From assembly GCA_041671645.1 (NCBI GenBank), contig JBAZBD010000001.1, positions 799,234-863,233 of the forward strand: a DNA stretch of 64,000 nucleotides, read 5' to 3'. The notes under the pieces are model-generated. The model had not been told where the DNA came from and searched no databases. It saw only the letters and a list, made by a program, of their open reading frames with translations. This document shows, piece by piece, positions 58,749 to 64,000 of this stretch (position 1 is the stretch's first letter; each line of letters begins with the position of its first letter). The position numbers and the translations under genes are program-made. This stretch comes from Patescibacteria group bacterium (lineage in GTDB: Bacteria; Patescibacteriota; UBA1384; XYA2-FULL-43-10; 1-14-0-10-43-13).

Positions 58749-59408
58749 GTGAATTTGTTTCGTAATCCTATCTTTATACTTTTCTTCGTCGTCGCCCTAA
58801 TCGTGTCGATCGTCTGGAGTTATATTTCGAACAAGAAAACTAATACTCCGGTCACGACCGAGACGACTGAGACGACAACAACAGACACACCCAAGGTGAC
58901 CAATCTGACAAACCTTGACCCTGTCGACTTCGACTCGACCTTGAAGGGATATCTCGATATCGCAGCCACTAAGTCAGCGGAGATCAACAAGGATTACAAG
59001 TTGGCCGATATCGAAGTAGAGATAGGCCAATCCCTCCAACCAGCCGACGCCACTATTCGATATGCGTACAATCTCGGGGCCACAGACACAAGCAATTGGA
59101 TAATTTCATTTGCCCAGGACACCGGCAGTTATGTTCGTTCGCTTATCCCAAGTGAGGATTATCTCGGCCACCCCAAGCAGATTGACACGACACTCTGGAA
59201 ATTTAATTACGTCACCGCTCTGCAATTGGCTGAGAAGAATGGCGGCCTCGAATACCGTGAGAAAAATTCTGACTTTTCCAGCGTCAAAATGAGTTTGAAA
59301 CATACTGGCGAAAAAGCCTGGCTCCTCTGGAGTGTGGAGTACAAAGGTACGACCAGCGGCCTAACTGTCCTAATCGACGCAAACTCAGGTGACAAAGTCA
59401 CTCAATAA
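58749..59408 (+). CDS. Membrane-anchored protein with PepSY-like repeats, 219 aa.
   Basis: GTG start. N-terminal TM and a Thr-rich linker. WLLWSVEYKGTTSGLTVLIDANSGDKV resembles the PepSY motif. Confidence 0.45.
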   Translation: MNLFRNPIFILFFVVALIVSIVWSYISNKKTNTPVTTETTETTTTDTPKVTNLTNLDPVDFDSTLKGYLDIAATKSAEINKDYKLADIEVEIGQSLQPADATIRYAYNLGATDTSNWIISFAQDTGSYVRSLIPSEDYLGHPKQIDTTLWKFNYVTALQLAEKNGGLEYREKNSDFSSVKMSLKHTGEKAWLLWSVEYKGTTSGLTVLIDANSGDKVTQ

Positions 59409-59493
59409 AGCAGTAATATATAAGCTTATAAGTCCGATAAGCGCTCTGCTACTTGCTTACCAACTTAGGATTTATAGCTAATTGCTTATTTTT

Positions 59494-60144
59494 ATGTCAA
59501 CAGATTATTACAAAACTTTGGGTGTCTCAAAATCGGCCTCGGCCGAGGAAATCAAAAAAGCTTATCGAAAGCTTGCTTTGGAGCACCATCCTGATCGAGG
59601 CGGCGGCAACAATTCCGACGCCAAGTTCAAGGAGGTCAACGAGGCCTATCAGGTCCTCTCTGACCCCGAGAAACGCAAGACATACGATCAGTTTGGCGAT
59701 GCCGCCTTCAAAAACGGTGGAGCTGGGGCTGGAGGCTTTGGCGGATATCGACAGGGCGGATTCCAGGGCGACTTTTCTGATTTTGACTTCTCTGGATTCG
59801 GATTTGGTGGAGGAATTGGAGATATTTTTGAAGACTTTTTCGGCGCCCAGATGTCTCAGGTCCAAGCCGAATTACAAATTTCCCCTGCTCAGGCCGTACT
59901 TGGGGATAAAGTTTCCGTCCAGATCAATGGCGAGAATCTGGAGTTCTCTCTTCCCGCAGGCACAAACGATGGCACTTCATTCCGTTTTCAGGGCAAGGGT
60001 CGTGCAACACGAAATGGCCGCAAAGGAGATCTCATCCTAACAATCAAAATTGTAATGCCAAAACACCTGACAAAGGAACAGCAAGAACTCTGGCAACGTC
60101 TCCGCGACGAAGAATCCAAGAAAAAAGGTTGGTGGGGCGCTTAG
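59494..60144 (+). CDS. dnaJ: J-domain co-chaperone (DnaJ/CbpA-like, lacking the zinc-finger domain).
   Basis: DYYKTLGV...HPDR J-domain, a G/F-rich region and a single C-terminal DnaJ_C-like domain. No CxxCxGxG repeats are present. The ATG at 59494 is preferred over the TTG at 59482. Confidence 0.75.
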   Translation: MSTDYYKTLGVSKSASAEEIKKAYRKLALEHHPDRGGGNNSDAKFKEVNEAYQVLSDPEKRKTYDQFGDAAFKNGGAGAGGFGGYRQGGFQGDFSDFDFSGFGFGGGIGDIFEDFFGAQMSQVQAELQISPAQAVLGDKVSVQINGENLEFSLPAGTNDGTSFRFQGKGRATRNGRKGDLILTIKIVMPKHLTKEQQELWQRLRDEESKKKGWWGA

Positions 60145-60170
60145 CGCCCCCTTAACCACGCTAAGCGTGG
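60134..60170 (+). terminator. Tandem GC-rich hairpins (GGGGCGC-tta-GCGCCCC and CCACGC-taa-GCGTGG) at the dnaJ stop. They are a possible terminator.
   Basis: Two perfect palindromes, the first including the TAG stop. There is no clean U-tract, hence the low confidence. Confidence 0.3.
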
Positions 60171-60354
60171 TGGCGGTAGGCCAAAAAAGGATTACCCCGC
60201 AGGGGACCCTTTGGGTCAAATTTTCCTAATTACAGATATTAATTTGATATTCGTAATTTGAACGATCCGTAATCCGTTATGTTGTTTCTTGACTTGAAAC
60301 AAGAAAAAACCGATAATAGAAGAAACAAAAAGGTAAGTTAGAGGGGTAAAAAGA

Positions 60355-60864
60355 GTGCAGCTTCCTAGTGTGGATGTTTTTATCGGGTTGTTATTCTTAG
60401 TCGGCATCGCCTACGGCTTTATTTTGCAACGAGAAAAAACGATCACGACACTGATTTCTGTCTACATCGGGCTGGTCGTTGCATCGAGCTTCTCCGGAAC
60501 AGTATTTGACTTCTTCAATGGCAACAAGGTGATTGCCAATCAGATTTGGATCAGAGGCAACGCTTCAAATCCGACAATAGCGATCGTAATATTCTTGATC
60601 ACTACTTTCCTCGTCTCGGGAGCAATCAACTCAAAATCAAAAAAAGGTGACGGCAGTATTTCTCTCCTCGAGACGATTGTCTACAGCGCTCTGATGATGG
60701 CCCTAATCCTCTCCTCCATCTTGGGATTCCTCCCCGAAGCGACCAGAACCCACTATATCGAAACTTCTATGTCCGCAAAATATCTTTGGAATATGCGGAC
60801 ATTATTTGTAGTTTTACCCCCGATCATGTTGGTCTTCCTGAATTGGAAAAGAAAAGAGAAATAG
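60355..60864 (+). CDS. Polytopic membrane protein, possibly CvpA-family, 169 aa.
   Basis: GTG start with a GAGGGG RBS. Four TM helices. The N-terminal pattern resembles CvpA only weakly. Confidence 0.35.
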   Translation: MQLPSVDVFIGLLFLVGIAYGFILQREKTITTLISVYIGLVVASSFSGTVFDFFNGNKVIANQIWIRGNASNPTIAIVIFLITTFLVSGAINSKSKKGDGSISLLETIVYSALMMALILSSILGFLPEATRTHYIETSMSAKYLWNMRTLFVVLPPIMLVFLNWKRKEK

Positions 60865-60978
60865 CAGAAAATTATTACTTATTAGTTCTTAATTTTTATT
60901 CAATTATTAATTAATAATTATAAATTGATTAGAAATTAAGCCGAAGGCTCCCCTTCGGGGGAAATCAATTATTAGAAA

Positions 60979-61350
60979 TTGAGGAATATGCTTTTACTTC
61001 GTTGGATCTTAAATACTTTGGTTCTTTTGCTAGTTAGCTACCTTGTGCCTGGTGTAAAATTTTCAGGGTTTTGGGCCGCTTTGATCACTGCACTAGTCTT
61101 AGGTTTACTGAACGCTCTAGTAAGACCGCTGATCATCTTACTCACCTTGCCTGTCAATTTCCTGACCCTTGGTTTCTTCACTTTGGTCATCAACGCTCTC
61201 ATGTTCTGGCTCGCCAGCACCATCGTCAAAGGATTTGATATCGCAGGATTCTGGCCCGCTTTCATCGGCGCTTTGGTCTATTCGATCATCATCATGATCA
61301 TAAATATGATGACACTCAAACAACCGCCTAAGCAAACGATCAAAAAATAG
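60979..61350 (+). CDS. Phage-holin-4-like (DUF360/YvlD-type) small membrane protein, 123 aa.
   Basis: YLVPGVKFSGFWAALITALVLGLLNALVRPLIILLTLP...LINALMFWLAS is the characteristic PF04020-type sequence. Confidence 0.55.
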   Translation: MRNMLLLRWILNTLVLLLVSYLVPGVKFSGFWAALITALVLGLLNALVRPLIILLTLPVNFLTLGFFTLVINALMFWLASTIVKGFDIAGFWPAFIGALVYSIIIMIINMMTLKQPPKQTIKK

Positions 61351-61434
61351 TTCTGATCTATTTTCACCTGATATCAAAACATTGCTTTCAGAGTTGATTT
61401 TTTGTTGGAAATTATGTATTATAACAGCTAATGT

Positions 61435-61509
61435 GGGCTGTTAGCTCAATGGTAGAGCAGTGGCCTTTTAAGCCATTGGTTCTGGGTTCGAGTCCCAGGC
61501 GGCCCACCA
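61435..61509 (+). tRNA. tRNA-Lys (anticodon TTT).
   Basis: Cloverleaf with acceptor GGGCTGT/GCGGCCC (two G-U pairs), anticodon loop CTTTTAA, T-loop TTCGAGT and CCA encoded. Confidence 0.9.
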
Positions 61510-61543
61510 AAAAAAGTTTCTGATTCGTCAGAGACTTTTTTTA
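61510..61543 (+). terminator. Rho-independent terminator (GTTTCTG-attcgt-CAGAGAC followed by T7).
   Basis: A-run, 7-bp stem and T7, directly after tRNA-Lys. Confidence 0.65.
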
Positions 61544-61649
61544 TTGACCAAATCAATCAATAATGATATAGTTCTATACATCTTAAAGCTTTCAAAGAAA
61601 GCCTTGGGAAGCACGCTGGAATGCGTGACACTACTCCGGAGGGTCTCAA

Positions 61650-62240
61650 ATGACCACATTATCAGTAGCACAAGTTGCAGAAACAGGTGCCCTTGAAGCT
61701 GGCGTAATTTATAATTATGCGACCAGCGCCGCTATCAAAGCGGCTCGACTACGACTTGCTAACATGCGCGATCAGTTGGCAGGAATTATCGCTGAAACAG
61801 ATTTGTCCGATACCGCACATGGTGATGTTGACGCAGGTGTCGTGAATGATGCGATACAGTGCGGCGCCCTTTTGACAGCGATCGACAATCTTGACTTTGA
61901 GATTAGCAATCCGAATCTCATAATAGTCGACTGGATGGACCACGGGCCAGAACCCAAGGTTGTCCCCGGGACGGAAATCACCGCCCTTTTGGATGGAGAA
62001 GAAAAGTCCTGGATATTCCTGGATTCGCTGGACTTGACGTACGGAGAGCATTCGCCAGAGATTACCAGCCGATTAATTACAATTAGTAGCACCATCGGCG
62101 AAGCGATCTTCGGCAGTTCAGCCGAAGATGAGATTACCATTCTGAAGCCCATCAGAGGGCAAAGGAACAGAAAGGTGAAAATCCTTTCAATCGAACCGTG
62201 GCCACCCCGAGCCACAAAAAAACGCAGTAACAAAGATTAA
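61650..62240 (+). CDS. Divergent GreA/GreB-family protein, with a C-terminal FKBP-like GreA domain and an atypical N-terminus, 196 aa.
   Basis: The C-terminal ITISSTIGEAIFGSSAEDEITILKPIRGQRNRKVKILSI aligns with the GreA ISxxSPIGxALxGxxxxDxVxVxxPxGxxxxxI motif. The N-terminus is not a typical coiled coil. Both strands are open here, and the segment looks richer in GC than its neighbours. Confidence 0.5.
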   Translation: MTTLSVAQVAETGALEAGVIYNYATSAAIKAARLRLANMRDQLAGIIAETDLSDTAHGDVDAGVVNDAIQCGALLTAIDNLDFEISNPNLIIVDWMDHGPEPKVVPGTEITALLDGEEKSWIFLDSLDLTYGEHSPEITSRLITISSTIGEAIFGSSAEDEITILKPIRGQRNRKVKILSIEPWPPRATKKRSNKD

Positions 62241-62270
62241 CTGCTTCCCCAAATAGTTCGTATTTAGCCC

Positions 62271-62304
62271 GGCACCGTCCCCAAGACGGTGCCTCGCTTT
62301 TTTT
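62271..62304 (+). terminator. Rho-independent terminator (GGCACCGTC-cccaa-GACGGTGCC followed by T7).
   Basis: Perfect 9-bp stem followed by tcgcttttttt, after the GreA-like gene. Confidence 0.7.
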
Positions 62305-62387
62305 GTATAGCTCAATTCGCTTCGGAGGACACTTCGACACGACTGACCGATCTGTCGACTCGTCTACAAGGAGCTAATCATTTCTTT

Positions 62388-62413
62388 AAACGCCTCACAT
62401 ATGTGAGGCGTTT
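62388..62413. repeat. Palindromic hairpin element AAACGCCTCACATATGTGAGGCGTTT, copy c of the repeat family.
   Basis: Differs from copy a at one base pair (G-C versus A-T). It lies downstream of the minus-strand gene ending at 62451. Confidence 0.6.
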
Positions 62414-62450
62414 AACACAGTGCCCGTATCGGATAGAGAACGAAATAATG

Positions 62451-63812
62451 TTAGTTGAAATGGTTAATATCGTTGTTATTGTCCACGACAGGATTCTCTG
62501 TTTCTGGAGTCGGAGTCGAAATTGGAGGTGCAGTTGAGGTAAAGGTGGAAATTGGGGTAGCTGTGATTGTAGCAGGGGTGGATCCTTGAGCGCGGCCTGT
62601 CATTTTCAGATCTATTTTTCTGTTTCGATAGAGAAAGAATCCCAGCAATAGCAATCCGAGTAAAAGAGCGACGCTGCTCCAAAACCAAGGGTTCTGAAGT
62701 AATCCGGAAGACCAATCATTCTGAATCACGATTGGAGTTGCATAGGCTTTCTCTGGATCGACCTGAAAGGTAAGTTCGTCTGCCGCTTTGGTCGTCTCTG
62801 TCGCTGTAGTAGAGAGTGCATATGCTTTATGGACGCCCGCTTCTATGCCGTCGCTGACTGTGATACTCCATTTGCCCTCTGCATCGGTTGTGACAGATTT
62901 TGTGATCAGTGTGCTAAAGACATAGACTGTCACAAGAGAGTTCGGCTTGGATATACCCTTAAAGGTTAGATTGGTTAGAGATTTTTTGTCTTGAATGTTG
63001 GCGACAACTGCTTGGTCAGAATTTAATAATATTGTGGTTTCTGAACTAGCGCTAATCTTTTTGATTTCTTTTTGAAATTTCTTCTCGCTATCTGGCATTG
63101 TCGGCGCGACTAGTACGGGCGCCTCTGCTGTAGCTGGAACTGGCGTCTCTGTCATGACGGCTGGTGTCTCTGCTGTCGCGGCGGGTGTCGTAGCAGCAGG
63201 GGTAGCAGTTGTGGCAGAGCTTGGAGTGGTGGTCTTTTTGGTTGTGCTTGGAGTTGTGGGTGTAGTATCGGCTGGGTTGGTAGCTGGGACATCTGGTGTT
63301 GTCGGAGTATCTGGTATCGGGTCTGGGATGACTGGTGCTGCCGCTATGGTGTAGCTACCTCCTGAGACAGAAGACAAAATATTGGCTGGTTCATCGCCTG
63401 AGCTGACGACTTGGCCACCCGACAAGGAAATTGTGGCTGTGCCGGCATTCGTGCCTTTGACTACCAAAGTGTAAACGGTAATGGTACCAACACCATCACC
63501 AGTCGAACCACAGCTGAAACTTAGCGATGGGGTGCTTGGGTCGGTAGTACACATAGAAACGGAGCCTTTGGTCAGGCTCACCACGGTCAAGTTGCTGACT
63601 GATACGCTTGCCTTGTAAACCGACATATTTTGGCCGCCGCCATCTGCAACGATACCAACTGAAAATTCCTCGCCGACAGTATGGCTACCTGTTGCTGAGC
63701 TCACCGAAATTGTGGCTGTGTTTGCTGCCCGTATAGGGGTAATTGCTCCAAAGATAGCAACTATCGCTGAGATAGTGACAATAGCACTAGTTTTTTGTAT
63801 TACGTTGAACAT
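62451..63812 (-). CDS. Membrane-anchored surface protein with an N-terminal cohesin-like domain, a Pro/Thr-rich linker, an Ig-like domain, a C-terminal TM and a cytoplasmic tail.
   Basis: Signal peptide. About 120 aa (ATISVSS...GTITVYTLVVKGTNAGTATISLSG) has a cohesin-like beta-sandwich pattern. PTTP repeats are present. The TM WFWSSVALLLGLLLLGFFLY is followed by RNRK. The ATG at 63812 has an AGGGAG RBS. Confidence 0.5.
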   Translation of the reverse strand: MFNVIQKTSAIVTISAIVAIFGAITPIRAANTATISVSSATGSHTVGEEFSVGIVADGGGQNMSVYKASVSVSNLTVVSLTKGSVSMCTTDPSTPSLSFSCGSTGDGVGTITVYTLVVKGTNAGTATISLSGGQVVSSGDEPANILSSVSGGSYTIAAAPVIPDPIPDTPTTPDVPATNPADTTPTTPSTTKKTTTPSSATTATPAATTPAATAETPAVMTETPVPATAEAPVLVAPTMPDSEKKFQKEIKKISASSETTILLNSDQAVVANIQDKKSLTNLTFKGISKPNSLVTVYVFSTLITKSVTTDAEGKWSITVSDGIEAGVHKAYALSTTATETTKAADELTFQVDPEKAYATPIVIQNDWSSGLLQNPWFWSSVALLLGLLLLGFFLYRNRKIDLKMTGRAQGSTPATITATPISTFTSTAPPISTPTPETENPVVDNNNDINHFN

Positions 63813-63826
63813 ATCCACTCCCTAAA

Positions 63827-64000
63827 TTATTTATTCCAGTTTGTAAGTAAGGTCGCAAAGTCTAGTTCATCCACAACCCTATCTCTATTGTAGTCAGCCA
63901 TTACATTCTTTGGTGCACCCCAGTTTCCAAGCATACTAGCAAAGTCAAGCTCATCGATGGCGCCATCATTATTTATATCGCCACTTTTGTGGATGATGAG
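63827..64000 (-). CDS. C-terminal end of a dockerin-containing protein (the gene continues beyond the window).
   Basis: The minus-strand translation ends ...GDINNDGAIDELDFASMLGNWG...ADYNRDRVVDELDFATLLTNWNK*, two canonical dockerin Ca-binding repeats. Confidence 0.6.
   Translation of the reverse strand, partial: LIIHKSGDINNDGAIDELDFASMLGNWGAPKNVMADYNRDRVVDELDFATLLTNWNK

Noticed and set aside
59453-60040. A 195-aa plus-strand ORF overlapping the J-protein gene.
   Set aside because: It is an alternative frame of the J-protein gene. The J-domain frame carries the conserved HPD motif and G/F region.
61772-62233. A 153-aa minus-strand ORF.
   Set aside because: It is antisense to the GreA-like ORF. 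The plus-strand frame carries the recognisable Gre C-terminal motif and is followed by a terminator in the plus orientation.

Overview
This 64-kb window looks like a slice of a small, streamlined chromosome of moderately low GC, with a gene set typical of CPR/Patescibacteria-like or other reduced-genome Gram-positive-type bacteria. Genes are densely packed, many overlap by 4 nt (ATGA), and TGA/TAA/TAG all function as stops, so the standard bacterial code applies.

**Housekeeping content.** The window carries trpS, eno, gpmI, grpE, dnaK and a zinc-finger-less dnaJ. The order yebC, ruvC, ruvA, ruvB, queH is interrupted between ruvC and ruvA by a four-gene sugar module (galT-like, HAD-IIB phosphatase and two GT4 genes). 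Also present are tsaE/tsaB, an LCP-family protein, a PrsA-like parvulin, a ComEC split into two genes, and five tRNAs (Pro-TGG, Thr-CGT, Gly-CCC, Asp-GTC, Lys-TTT).

**The giant surface-protein locus.** One minus-strand ORF of 6,627 aa (7390..27273) takes up about a third of the window. It has a TTG start behind a strong RBS and an N-terminal signal-anchor. Behind that anchor it is a mosaic of FN3 domains, a YVTN beta-propeller, beta-helix repeats, Listeria-Bacteroides-type repeats and Mycoplasma-type DUF285 repeats. Its C-terminus is embedded in the membrane and carries CarbopepD_reg-like domains. Inside it are perfect 340-bp and ~95-bp DNA duplications.

- Downstream on the same strand lie an FN3 secreted protein, a small membrane protein and a fused MacB-type ABC transporter.
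- Upstream on the same strand lies a polyprenol-phosphate glycosylation module: a DPM1/GtrB-like GT2, a PMT_2-type GT-C enzyme, a processive QxxRW GT2 and a small membrane protein.
- Together these look like a dedicated giant-adhesin synthesis, glycosylation and export locus, which I consider the most interesting candidate system in the window.

**Other points of interest.**
- A tRNA-Asp locus carries a duplicated, insertion-bearing 5' tRNA fragment and a 3' end repeat bracketing a GIY-YIG nuclease gene.
- A dockerin-ending gene (truncated by the window edge) is followed by a cohesin-like, membrane-anchored protein.
- A perfect 11-bp inverted repeat overlaps a TTGACA promoter upstream of dnaK and matches neither CIRCE nor HAIR.
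- A family of near-identical palindromic hairpins sits downstream of three genes, and two identical 26-nt terminators flank the first two genes.
- A divergent GreA-like protein lies next to tRNA-Lys.

All domain calls rest on motif recognition by eye. No searches or computations were run.
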